Position numbers and translations under genes: made by a program
NCBI GenBank assembly: GCA_036630325.1
Contig: CP142737.1
Location: 372,001 to 436,000, forward strand
Direction: 5' to 3'
Source: Vairimorpha necatrix
Lineage: Eukaryota
Length of the DNA: 64,000 nt
In this document: positions 11,291-23,854 of the stretch, piece by piece
How positions within the stretch are numbered: the stretch's first letter is position 1
Layout of the letters: every line of letters starts with the position of its first letter
The notes under the pieces: generated by a model
Databases searched by the model: none
What the model was told of the DNA's origin: nothing
Seen by the model: the letters and a program-made list of their open reading frames with translations, nothing else

Positions 11291-14266
11291 CTATATGGCA
11301 TACTTAAAAAACATAAATATTTCCAATAAAAAACACTTGAATTATTCAATTTGATAAATAAAATGATTTTTTATGCCTGGAAAATGATTCTACCCCACCA
11401 GAAATGCTGTTGATTATGATAATTTAACATTAATTTTACAAGGCAAGGATAATGAAGTTGTTTTAGAAAAGCATCAAAAAGCTGTCTATTCCCTTCTTAT
11501 AGATGGGGCATTATATTAAGGGATGAGGTTAATGGAAGCCATCTAAAGCTTTTCATAGTGAACAGCTTAAAGCCATGGAAGTTGAATGAAGAGCTTCCAA
11601 CTGGCTTCTTCACAGGGCGTTAACAGATTTATAGCATCATGCAATAAGGTTTTTTCTAAATTCCTAGGGACATTACTAGAATAGTCGTCTCCGAATGTAT
11701 CGTATGTGGACAATCGCAACCGTTAAAAAATTAAGAGCGCCAAATTCATATTACGGCCTCTAAACCAATGGAACTAATTATGATCGATTTAATCAATATG
11801 ACGCGCTATAAAAAGTTAATCAATGGGTATTGTTGGATTTCGACAATAATTGATGTGTAATCTAAGTTTACCTGGGCCTTTCCATTAAAGAGTAAAACGA
11901 GGGGTAGAGGTTACAGAAAACCTAAAATTTTTATTATACAATAAGACTGGTCCTCCCAAGATCCTTCAAATCGATAATAAAAAGGATTTCTGCAATTTCC
12001 ATATAAATAAACTTTGTTATTGTTCAAAAACATAGTAAATCGCTCACCCACAATCAAACGGGCAAATAGAAAGGTTCAACCAAACTTTAACTCACACTAT
12101 TTAATAACATGTTTTTGAAGAAGATTTGATTGCTGTTGGCAATTCTAAAACCAAAGATGAAAAGTAATGGCTTAATGATCTTAATAAGGTCGTATACCAC
12201 TATAATTTAGTCAAACATAGTGCGACAAAGCAGATTTTATTTAACTTATTTTTAAAAATACCAGAATTATAATCTGTTTTTGCCCTGGATGGCAACGAGT
12301 CTTTGGATGATAGCATGAAAGAAGTTGAATTGATGATTGATTCAGAAAATAAAAATGAAGTTGTGATTAGTGTTCTTGAAGAAAAAACAGAAACTAGTTC
12401 AGTTGATCCAAATTTCCTTGCAAGAATGGATCAGTATTCATTGGTCCATATCTCTAAATGTACTTATGAAATTTGGGACAAGGCAATTGTAGCTAGAGAC
12501 TTTGATAATAATTATAAAACAAAAAACTAAAATTATCTATTTTTTTCTAAAGAAGTTACAATTACAAAAATTCTCTCAAACAACAGAGTGAAATGTAAAA
12601 CTGAAGAAGGTACACAGATTTCCCCATGTCTAGGCTTAAAAAACTTAATATTAAACATCGATTATAAAAAGTTTTTTGTCTTCTTTTTATTTTTTATTAT
12701 TTTTACTTTCTGTTGGGAGGGGTCAACGCTTGCGCGCCACAAATAATTCCTATTTTTTTTTTTATAGCATGTTATTATTCACATTCTAGTATTTATTTAA
12801 AACACATACAATATATAAAATTTTTTATCTCTATATATTACTGTATAGTTACATTTACAATATTCCATTATGTAAAAGTTAATAGTGTTTTGATATATTA
12901 ACTATAAATGTCAATTATAAATTAATAGTTCGTCAAAACTTCGTCGATATATTAAAAAGATTTTTTCTTTTTGCATGAAAAATATATTGTGATAATTTTT
13001 ATAAAAAATGTAGTTCAGAATATAAATTTTAGAGATTTCGTTTGGCAATATACAAGATAAGTTTCAAAATCTCGAAAATGGTTTTGTTAGTTAAACCTAA
13101 AGAACCCGGGAACAATTATGGTTAAATAATAATATAATTGTTTTTCTAGAAAGAGATTAGTATGGTCTAAAATACATTTTTTTTATATTTATTGAATTAA
13201 ATTTCAATATAACATTTAAATATTGTAGACTGACGATACCATAAAAAGCTAAAATTTTGTTGTGTCAATTAAATCTCCACATAATATAATTTTTACTATA
13301 ATAATTATTGATTTTCGTTGACAATTATCTATAATAAACTCTGAATTTAATCCATACAACTGCGGCTAAACACAAATTCTACATCAGTGAATATTGTATT
13401 TACAAAGTCAAACTGAAGTATTCTTTACACAGATGTAATGGTTTTAAAGTTCTGCACTTTTAACATGTTCTTTTTCTTAACTAAGTTATATTTAATAATT
13501 TAAACCCCAGATTAAGCTTCATAATTTTAATATGTACTTATTGAAACAATTTATACCATAACTTAGACTAAGAATGATGATTTTGTGCCAATTTCTTCTT
13601 GAAATTTAAATATCTAATTTATATATTGCGTGTATTTCACATACAATTTACTTATTTGTTTTTACTATTGGCTATATTAGTATTTGTATCAGCATACAGT
13701 TACATAAGATTTATTTATGTATATTAATTTTATAAAATGCTTAACTCTTTTTAGCTAGATAGGTTTTATATTCATGCAATCGTTTTATATTTACGTATTG
13801 TGGATAGTATATTATGAACGATACGCACGATATCAATTATAATAACTAAAACAGTGTGTTTACTCTGCTTTTACTTTTTAATTAGAAGCTAAATTTTATT
13901 AAAGATAGGTACGCGAAAGAAATATTTCGTATTAAATCATATATAGCAGCATTATTGGTGACGGGGTGCAATATAAAGATTAAAGTTTTGTTTTTTTTAC
14001 AAATGCCTTTAATATCTTAAATGTAAATTTAATATCAAAAATAGTCGAGTGGTAATCCAATTATTTGCAGATCTATAACAATTTTTTAAAAAATCATACT
14101 AGTCAATTATTAATCAAAATATCATGATTGTGCTGATATGACTCATAAAATAAGCTAAATTAAAAATAAAACATTCACTAGTTTGTTTAATATCCTAATT
14201 TACATATTTGAAAGTTCCAAACAATTAATTTAATTTATTAAAATAAATTAGAACTGGTGCCTTAAG

Positions 14267-14965
14267 ATGTTAATATTTACCTTGATATTTATTTTAAATA
14301 TAAAAAAGGTAATGACAAACTCCGAAGATGATTCTTCATTTGAAAAAATTGAATTTACGAATGAAGAACTAAAAAAGTGTTGTAAAATACTTTTTCATCC
14401 AGATGTCGAACCATTTTATCATAAAGTTGATTTCTATGAAGGAAGAACAATGGAAAAAATTATCTTTGAAGCTATTATAGATAAATTGAATTTTCCTATG
14501 AAAAGTAAATATAATTGGCCTGCAGCTTCTAACACGACAGATTATGAGATTTTAAAAGAAGATGTTACATTTTCAACATATCGGAAAAGTTTGAATATTT
14601 TTGATATTAACAAGGTTCGTCACGGGAAAGAAGCAGCGCTTTATGTTTTATTTAGATCTATCTTACATCATCTTTTAAGTTTTTATAGAACTATGAGGTG
14701 TATTCATGTTAAAGTGAAAAAGATAAACAATGAAAAGATGCGTATAATAGTTAATAAGTTAAAAGATTAGAAAATGAATGAACATTATGGTTATCAAGTA
14801 TTAAGAGTGTTTAATAAAAAAGATTTTAAAAAAATTGCAGAAGAAATTAATCAGAGTTTAGGAGAAGATGCAATTATGATAAAAGATGATATTAATTTAC
14901 AATATAAGAAGATGAATGCCTCTCATAATATAACAAACTCTTATGGGGCCTTTGAATTGGAATAA
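14267..14965 (+). pseudogene. Secreted paralog family (copy 2) with one in-frame TAG at 14768-14770
   Basis: ORFs 14267-14770 and 14774-14965 are in the same frame. KLKD*KMNE aligns with LVDIKLKE and YMNIKMEK of the paralogs. Confidence 0.75.
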
Positions 14966-15099
14966 AAATATTTTGTTTATTGTTTTTTACTCATTAATAA
15001 GAAGTCATTTGATGTATTTATTTAAATAAAAAAATGTTTATTACTTGAGTATAAACATGGATTAAAAAATCATAAAATACAATTAAATCTCACAAGAAA

Positions 15100-16308
15100 G
15101 CTAGGGTTCGGTTTTCACTTATAAGAAATCTCTTTTTAATCAGATTATGAAAATAAATATATAAGATAATGAGATTTGATGAATCAATTTATAATTAATC
15201 TTAAATAGATATAGTACAGCTTTACCCGGTATCGCTCATGAGATTTTTCTCTTCACAGACTTTAGCTTCTGTGGAGTAATTTATGTTTTTTCGACTCCGA
15301 ATTTTCAGCTTCATTCATCTTTGCCAACACCACTTCTTTAACAGCCGCCATATTCGCAAGTGTGCTTATTGCTCTAGCCACTTCTTCTTCTCTGCATCCT
15401 CCTGATCGTATCCTCGTCGTCGTTCCTAAGAGAAGGACTCTAGAGTCTTCTTCTGCACAATAGATTGAATATATGCTTCCAGAGAAGGTGGATTTCCAGC
15501 TCCCTGATGTACTTTCTGTAATATTTGGTCACCACTCCATCCCATGTCATTACATAAGGAACTATTCTTGTCCGGGATTTATGTATTAGTCCCAGTTCAT
15601 TCGCAAGAAGGTCATATTTTCTTAGTTTTTCATTCTCAACTATAGTAAGTCGGTCCTGGTTGGTTATACCAACTTCAACTATCAAAATTTCTTTCTTCTT
15701 CTTGTCAAACACAAGAATATCTTGTTTATTATGGGTCCCCTTTATATTGGTTGATATTCTCGTATCTACTCTTATCTTCGCACAGTTATTTTACAAGATC
15801 TCTTGTACTGAAGGGCCTCGTATTTTCTTGCTCTCCTTAAACCCATATTTAATGCATAGTAAGAGAAGGATGCATCTAACTACCTCATTGTGTCTTTCAT
15901 ATAACAAAAAACAACATTAGATCACACAAGTTAGTTATATTATCCACGGTCTTCCTATGAGATCAACAATGGGGACATTGTCCCTCTTGTACAGAAAACA
16001 TTTCTATCCTGAAGAAAGCAGCAAATTGCTTCGGATATAGCCTGATTGTTCCATTACGCCAGGTAGAAGGGCCTATAATGCTTTCTATATTATTAATCCT
16101 AGCTTAAACAACTTTCCATGGTTTTAACATATGTTAATTTTGTTGTAAAGCGCTTCTTTCTAGAATTTTATCAGCACCTTCTGGGTTATACCTACTACAA
16201 ATCTATGCCTAACTCTAGAATACTCGTTAATAATAAACGTGAGATTGCTTTTCCGCTTTTACTTTAAGTATCGCTGCCTATCTTAGTAAGCTATTTTTAG
16301 ACGCATCT

Positions 16309-16348
<40 letters not shown>

Positions 16349-18690
16349 GAATATTTTCGCTTCTATCTTCGAACTTATGAGGCCTCTTCTAATTTAGGAT
16401 CTAGGAAGGTATAGTCTTTCCTTGCAGTCTGTATGTAGCTGGAGCTTACACTTAATACGTACCTGTCAGTTATCAAAATCGAGACTTTTGAAATCCATTA
16501 AATCCAATTATAAAAGACCTACATGATAGTTTATTACTGATATAGCATGCTTATTATTAGATCAAATCATATTATTACCATTTAATTGTTTCTTGCACAG
16601 TTTTTCAACCCTCTGTAGCATCTCATTTCTTACTTTTTCAAAAGCCTCTCTTTTGACAGCACTAGAGGCATCTTCTGTTATTCCAAGGTATTTGTATTCT
16701 TGATGTTATTCTAGTATTATTGAATCTTTACTGCAATCATTAAGTTAGTTGCAGACTTAAGTCTGTTCATTTTTAAACCTACAGTCGGAAAAAACTTTTT
16801 AGTTTCCCCATTCATCAGTTTTAGAACGACATCGTTCTCTGCAAGGAGTCTCCGATCATCAATAAAAAAGGATGATACCTTACATAAATACTTTTGTAGA
16901 TCTGTATCCCTAATTTTTGGTAAATTGAATTAAGTTTCCTGCTCAACGGGCCCATATTTTGCAAACAAAAGCGGCGAAGATGAATTGCCTTGTAATATGC
17001 CTTTTTCGATCTTTTATTTATTTTCGTTTTCAATCCTGATTTTATCTCAATGTGCCAACTATTAACCGTGACTTCGGAGAAATTACTTATTCGCCGAGGG
17101 AGATTTAATTTGCTAAGACACTTTAATAGATAAGAATGGTTTGACGGAGTCGTAGTCTTCCTTTACATCCATCCACATATCTTCAGCTTGTTTTTATGTT
17201 CCTAATTGACTGCTATATTAATCATAGCTTGTTCTTTTGCTCCTTGGACTTGCTAATTGTCCCTAGTTGGTTCTCTGCTAGTAGCCCCCTACTTTCTATA
17301 ATTAGCTACATTACTTTTGTAGTGCATTTCGTTGTAAGCTTGTAGAGGTTCGACATACAGGCAATAGGGCTGAAGTCATTTCCACTGTGGGGGTACCTTT
17401 GGGTATTAAATAAGTAATCCCCTTGTAGAACCAAGCTTCGGGTTCTTTCCCATCCAGGCATACTTCCTTAACAATCTTGTAAAGGAATGGGTGTATAGCT
17501 TCACCCTTCTTAATAAAGAAATTGAAGATTTTATCACAACCTGCAGCCTTCCAATTTGGTAAATATTAAATAATATCTACAAATTCTTGCAAGGTTGGGG
17601 AAGTGATCTGATATTGGCTATCAGGAATGTATTCTAGAAGATACTCCTCGAAACTATTGCAGTCTTCGGATTGCTCTTTCTTATTCCACATGGTAGACCA
17701 GAATGAACTAATATCTTCTTTGCTTACATCATGATTAACCTCATTGGCACACTTGAGTTTTCTATAGAAATTGCTTCTAAATAGCTCAAAGTTTCGATTT
17801 TCACGCCTATACTCTCTGCGTCGGTCTGCGACCTCTAGCTTCCTTGAGTATATGGCTTTCCTCTCGTTGAGTATAGCATAGCTTCAGAAGTATCTCGGTG
17901 TTAACATGCAAGCATGTTGAGTTCCCGTATCACCTTCTTGACTTCACGCTTTTCCTCATTGAGAGTTTATCAAAAGCCCGGGCTTTTTTGATAAGCACTG
18001 CCTTGTCTTCGATCTCAGTGTTCTTTTTCAAGATACTTTATTTCCAAGACGAAGGTTTAGGCTTCTTACTGGCCATTTACTGATAGCAGATCTGTGCAGC
18101 TTGCAGTATCCTTGCCATCTCTGTCATGTTATGAGGGGGGTGGGATCTATCGTACTATCTACCGCCTTGACTGTAGCATCAAGTTTCAACAGATCAACTT
18201 CAAAGAAGAAATCTTCCTCGTTCTTTCTACCTGGTCCACACATGTATGGATACAACTAAGTTTCTCCAAGAACAATTTTTGTGCTTTTAGGAAGAGCTCG
18301 GTTTCAAAGAGACTATCCCCTTCTTTCGAATAAGTTTCGGTCTTTCTTTTTTTGGTAATATTCATTAAGAATTCCCGGGCCGTCATTTGTCTACCGCTAT
18401 TACTAGTGAGCGCTTTCTTCTCTTTGCCCTTGAATTCTAGTGAACTCATGTTAGACCCAAATTTTTCACAGAAGAACTCGGTAGCTTTATTCCATCCTAC
18501 TCTTGGCATTCTACCAAATCTATTTATGATTTATAAAAATACTTTTTGGATACTCTTTTTCATTCTTTCGGTACTCATAAATTGATTAGACACACTAGTG
18601 TGTTCTGGCACCTGTTATTATAATTCCGTGTCTACTTTTCCCCTTTTGCTTCGAGACTTGTTTTGTAGTTGTTTCCTCTTCGTCTTTACC
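15100..18690 (-). mobile_element. Non-LTR retrotransposon with restriction-like endonuclease (R4/NeSL-type), decayed; ends approximate
   Basis: RT remnants and RLE motif EILIVEVGITNQ..EKLRKYDLLA; colinear with the copy at 52720-56330; many stops and frameshifts. Confidence 0.9.
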
Positions 18691-19122
18691 CAAAATAAGA
18701 ATATCACTATAAAAGTATATACCAATTTTTCGATGAATTGATGGTTTGGTGAATTCTCCCAAAACCGTAAATATGTAATGCATTTTTCTATATCTCAAGG
18801 GTATTTTTTTTCTAGTTGTTGGTTAATGTAAATGGGGCTCAAAGGGAAATCTCTTTTTATAATAAACCAACTATTAAAAAAAATTAAAAAAGTCGGAAAG
18901 TGTTAACGATAGAAATTTAATTTAAAATCGTTTTTTGCATCCAATTGGACATTTTTTTGTTGTTTTTAAAAACATAAGTACCTAGTGATTATGGTACTCC
19001 ACCTGCTCCTCCTTTGTTTGCACTTCGTTTTTTTGGTTCAAAAAAAACAAGGTGAACATCCTCTGATAAAGTGCGATATTCGGGCATCTATACCCAAAGA
19101 AAAATTTATGCCAAACAGGGGC

Positions 19123-20631
19123 ATGAAAATATTATTGATTTTTCTAAATTCAATATTTTCTTCCTCACTTGAGGATGTAGTCTTAAAAGAAGGGAATATC
19201 GTCAAAGGAATAAATATGTTAGAAAACCTTCAAAGTGATGAAGATTATCTTATTTCTTACATACTCAAGAAATATTTTATGCCAGAGAATGAATCCTCCA
19301 CTCTCAATGAAAATGATAAAATTCTGGATTTGTTGATGACTGATAAATACATGAGACTTGTTTATTCTTCTCTTGTATTAAGTTCAGATGGGATGTATGC
19401 ATCTTATTTTTATATTTGTAATTTGGTAGTAGAAATTTGTAGAAAATGTTATTTTCGATATTTAGAAAATGGATATGATTTCATACCAAAAGTTTATTAT
19501 AAAAATAAAGAAGAGAATTATAAAAATCTTCTTATTATGGCAAGAAATAGAGATCCTAAGAGTATAAAATTATATTTTGAATATTTGTCCAATAAGAAAA
19601 TTGATCTTAAAGGCCAAATTTCTCTTCCTGAATATTTGGCTTCTAAGGGACAAGCCAAAGCCTTTGGCTACTTAGGAGAAGCGTATTTTTATGGAGTCGG
19701 AGTTAAGAAATCTTTAGATAGATCGCTTAACTATTTTATTAAGGGCAAGGATCTAGGCACGGATTATATTTCTTACAATGGCATAGGGAAAATATTAATG
19801 TCCAATGAATACAAAGATTTTCATGGAGCTAAAGAGCATTTTGATGTTATTTTCGATAGTAATTTCAACGAGACAAATTTCCGACTATACTTATTGTATA
19901 AGAATCATTTTAAGATAGAGACTTATGCTTCTTATTATTTGTCTAGGTCTGTTTCCGCGGGCTATTTGCCCGCTATCTTTATAGACGGCAGAAATTATTA
20001 TAAGAAAAAAGACTACAAGTCTGCACTCATTAGACTTGAGCCTATATTAGAATATGACGAGACTGTAATGGATCTACAAAATAAAGCGTATGAAAAATAT
20101 AAAAATAGAAAGTACATGTCTTGTCTCATGTATCTACTCATGACAATAGAAATGGGCTCTGAGTCAAGCTTGGAAAATGCGATATATTTATTAGAAAATT
20201 GTAAAATAACGAAAGACGAGAATATTAGAGATTTATTAGATATAATATTGTTTAGATTGTATTTGAAACATGAGAAGACTTCTCTGTCATATATTAATCG
20301 TATAGGAGACTGTTACTATTATGGTAAGGGAGTAAAGCAGTCTTATAAGACCGCCTTCGCCTATTATTTGACCTCTGGTTCATTAAACAATACAGAAGGC
20401 TTAATTAGCTTATACTTCGCCTATACGCAGGGAATTGGCACTAAGAAAGATATGATGAAAGGATATAAATGTATAAAAAAGATACAAATTAATGATAATA
20501 ATTATATACTGAAGTTGTATATCTATATAATTTTTATAATAAGATTTCTACTAAATAGTTATATTATTGGGACTGTGTTGACTTGTTACATAACCTACAG
20601 AATCTACGATAAGCTTATTTTTAAACAATAA
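19123..20631 (+). CDS. SEL1-repeat membrane protein, Hrd3/SEL1L-like (ERAD)
   Basis: Signal-like MKILLIFLNSIFS; Sel1 repeats (LGEAYFYGVGVKKS, IGDCYYYGKGVKQSYKTAFAYY); hydrophobic C-terminus. Confidence 0.8.
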   Translation: MKILLIFLNSIFSSSLEDVVLKEGNIVKGINMLENLQSDEDYLISYILKKYFMPENESSTLNENDKILDLLMTDKYMRLVYSSLVLSSDGMYASYFYICNLVVEICRKCYFRYLENGYDFIPKVYYKNKEENYKNLLIMARNRDPKSIKLYFEYLSNKKIDLKGQISLPEYLASKGQAKAFGYLGEAYFYGVGVKKSLDRSLNYFIKGKDLGTDYISYNGIGKILMSNEYKDFHGAKEHFDVIFDSNFNETNFRLYLLYKNHFKIETYASYYLSRSVSAGYLPAIFIDGRNYYKKKDYKSALIRLEPILEYDETVMDLQNKAYEKYKNRKYMSCLMYLLMTIEMGSESSLENAIYLLENCKITKDENIRDLLDIILFRLYLKHEKTSLSYINRIGDCYYYGKGVKQSYKTAFAYYLTSGSLNNTEGLISLYFAYTQGIGTKKDMMKGYKCIKKIQINDNNYILKLYIYIIFIIRFLLNSYIIGTVLTCYITYRIYDKLIFKQ

Positions 20632-20849
20632 ATCAAGCATTAAATAAAAAAACAAAATATATTTATATATTGATTTGAGTTATTAAATAACAAAAAAATA
20701 TTATTATATTAATTTGAGCGATGTAAAATATGTTTTTACACTAAAATGATGTTATAAAAAAAAACCGAAAGCAATTAGTCGAACAATTAAAATATATATT
20801 TTTATTAGAATTTTCATTACATAAAAGATTATCTCCTATAATATACAAG

Positions 20850-21502
20850 GGTACATGACCGTTTGGAACCCGCTGTGGGAAAATGAACCCGCTTTAAGAA
20901 AATAAAACCCTCCTCTAATTTTAAAGGACCCCTCTTTAAAAAAATGGCAAAATTCGCAAAATTAAAGTTTGTTGATTCTGATGAGGTTTTTAGTGATGAA
21001 ATGTATTTATACATGGAATACAAAGTAAGTTTATTTTGGAAACATTTGATGCTGAATCAGCATGCGCCTTGCTCGTTTCTGTAACTAGTAGAATGCTGCC
21101 TTTTCCTTGAGGTAATACAAGATAATGTATAACCTATTTCTATTATGATCTCTAATCAATTGGTAGCATATGATGCCACATTAGACAAGCAAAGGAATGG
21201 AGCACAATACTATGAACCACTTTATCAATGCGGCAACCCCTTGTGATTTTGAGTCACAATACCAAATAATTTAGTTGGTTTTAGCCCATTTCTATAAGAG
21301 ATATTCGATCTAGATATAAACAAAGAAGAACACTATGAGTACCTTTTACAGTCCCACTGGGCTTTCCAAATTCCCAAAAATCACGGATAAATTGTCTTCT
21401 GTCACTATTTAAAATAAATTATCAAGTCCCTTTTTTATAATTTTTTTATTTTTTCCCTGTTTTTTTGAATTTTTCAAAGCGGGTTCCAAACGGTCATGTA
21501 CC
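20850..21502 (+). mobile_element. Merlin deletion derivative
   Basis: TIR ggtacatgaccgtttggaacccgct / agcgggttccaaacggtcatgtacc; interior homologous to 5364-6002 in opposite orientation; no TSD seen. Confidence 0.75.
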
Positions 21503-22030
21503 ATTAATTTTATTTTGTGTAAAGTTTTGTTCAAAGGATAAATTTACTGACAAGAATAAAGGAACTGTTGTTTATCATGGTCAGTTCTTATTTCAACGGC
21601 AATCATAGTTATCTATGCGGAGCAGTAAATCCTAATCTTGAACACATTATTGTAAATCATTCATTAAATTTATCAATGAAATGGATTCTACACTAATAAC
21701 ATTTTTAATTTTTGGTCTAGTATGAAATCGAAATGATTATACAACGCGGAATAAAGAGTTTATCAATTCATAGCTCATAGATAACACTTTAAAAAATCTT
21801 AAAATCATGTAAGTTGAATTAGGAAATGGATGTTTACTATTGATTTTATTAAATTTAACTTTATTTTTTTTTGCTGCTCCGTTTTTATAGAATCGTAAAA
21901 CTGAGAAGCACTACAATCTCTAGATTTTTTTGTATGTTTTTTCATTTTGTGTCCTCGAGAGGCTTTTGATACATGATATCAAATTTGCACTCTTTCTTTA
22001 TATAATTGTAAATTTTATTAAATTCATAAG

Positions 22031-22824
22031 AGGTGTCCTTAGCCCAGTGGTAGAAGGCGATGCTTTCAACATGCAATGGCTGGATTCTATTCCCAGAGCC
22101 ACCAAAATTTTTTCTTTTTTCTATGATTCAGTTTGAACAACTTAGATGATGAAAATATCCAAGATAATCATTAAGTTGATTCAATGAAACTTGTGTGTAT
22201 CAAGCCAATATTGGATTAACATCTAGTGTAGAAACGCACCCTAAGGCCGAAAAAACAGTATCACACTTATGGGGACTTAAAGATACATAAAAGTATTTTA
22301 ATGGGTACGCCTAGTTGAATCCAAAGCTGTTGCACTCAAGAGTGGGGTCTTAAAGCTAACTAAGAGACTAGACGAAGTAGGGCAATAGAAGGTCTCGTGG
22401 ACCCTATCCTACAAGATTCTGTAACACGGTTGCCGAAATTAGTAGGAGACTGGTGGTCAACGCAGCCCATTAAAAAATGCCGTGCTGGTTATGTGATCGT
22501 GTAAGGAGCCGTGTGTGCAATACAGGTGATTGTAGGGACCTTTGAGTTAGTACGATGATGTCTCTCCTCGGGTTATAGATAACAATCTCCGTTAAGTATA
22601 TCCGCTGTGAGATCACTTAGGACGCGATATGAGGTATAAATGGAAAGTGTTCCCCTGGAGCTAAAGTATAATGGATACGGCAAAGCTTGTTGTTCGTAAG
22701 AAGATGGGGTAGTTTTAATGAATAAGAATCTCGCAGTACTAATTGGATTAGGATCACACTTAAATCCCCCTGGCCCCTATGTGAGGGTTCTCCCAGCCTC
22801 TTACTTCCAAAGGAAGAAAAATTT
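22031..22824 (+). mobile_element. tRNA-headed SINE-like element with long non-coding core (copy A)
   Basis: tRNA-like head 22032-22104 (A box TAGCCCAGTGG, B-box-like GGATTCTATTCC, ends ACCA); 10-bp TSD AATTCATAAG (22021-22030 / 22825-22834); colinear with the reverse complement of 58230-58994. Confidence 0.75.
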
Positions 22825-23854
22825 AATTCATAAGTTTATAATTTTGTACAAATTCTCTTAAAATATTTATATAATATATTACAATCTAAAAATTTTTAGA
22901 GAAATACATGGCGATTTTTTTTTCAATGCAAAATACAAAAGACTTCGATTATACCACATACGAAAGATATACATATTAAAAGGACATTAATAATTTTATG
23001 AAGACTAAATCCGTAATAAGACGTGTTTTTGTTATTGTCAATGCAGGTTGCACGAGAACACATTATAATAGTCTTTGATTAACCCAAAGAGAATAAATAA
23101 AAGACTACGTGTTTCTTGTGAAAAATATTAAATCGGGTTTATCATTATACTAAAATACAATAATTGTATTGTGTTTGTAAAAACTATGTGTCTTTTAAAC
23201 CTATGATAAAATTGAGAATATCAATTTTCCGTATAATTTCAATCTTTGGTTTCTTATATTCTATTATTAGTTTCTCGCTGTTTCTGATAACATGTCAACA
23301 AATTATTTTTAAAAAAAATTAATCTTCTCAAATGTTTTCAGATATTTGAGTATATATTTAAAGCTTTCCCTTATCGTTCGAGGACAAAATTTCTGATTAT
23401 TTAATTTTTTTTTAATAGAAACGAATATTTAATTGTTTTAATTGCAAATTTTTTAAAAAATATGACGTTGAAATTATATTTAAATAAAAATTAATAGCTT
23501 GTTGTAAAGATTTTTAAATATATTAGGTAAATTTTATAAAGTTTTGTTTTCAATATTAATATAATTGTTCAGGAAAATAAATAATAATAAAAGATTGCAA
23601 AAAACATTCTTACCTACAAAACTAGTCGAAAGTTGCTCTGTGAAATTTTTTTTAAATTTTGATTATTGTGGTGCGTTTTTCATACTACAAAAGCTAGAAA
23701 TTTTCTGAATTAAATGTAGGATATAATAGTTAGCGCAATATTTTATTTTTATCCGGTATTTTACTTTACTATGAATTTTTTTAATTAATACTGTATATAT
23801 TATAAAACAAAAAAAAAGATAAAATTTGGTTTTTGCTTCATAATAAATTTTTTA

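Larger units (their letters stand above)
7993..12741 (+). mobile_element. Ginger-like DNA transposon (decayed rve integrase), interrupted by a hAT element
   Basis: TIR tgtggcgcgcgagcgttgacc / ggtcaacgcttgcgcgccaca; TSD AATAA; subterminal repeats 8030-8110. Integrase remnants at ~11700-12250: KPMELIMIDL, IIDV*SKFTWAFPLKSK, GPPKILQIDN, HPQSNGQIERFNQTL. Confidence 0.85.

Noticed and set aside
16316-16343. (TA)n tract
   Set aside because: Simple microsatellite expansion inside a dead LINE.
18985-19122. N-terminal extension of the SEL1 ORF
   Set aside because: GTG start inside a MITE remnant; the signal-like sequence begins at 19123.
22032-22104. Functional tRNA gene
   Set aside because: Acceptor and anticodon stems pair poorly, and it lies inside a TSD-flanked repeat, so it is treated as a SINE head.
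22236-22246. ACCCTAA as a telomerase template
   Set aside because: Not conserved in copy B.
22218-22380. U2-like ATCTAGTGTAG and group I intron R-like AGAGACTAGA motifs
   Set aside because: The U2 GTAGTA motif and its stems are absent, and no S element (AAGATATAGTC) was found in either copy.
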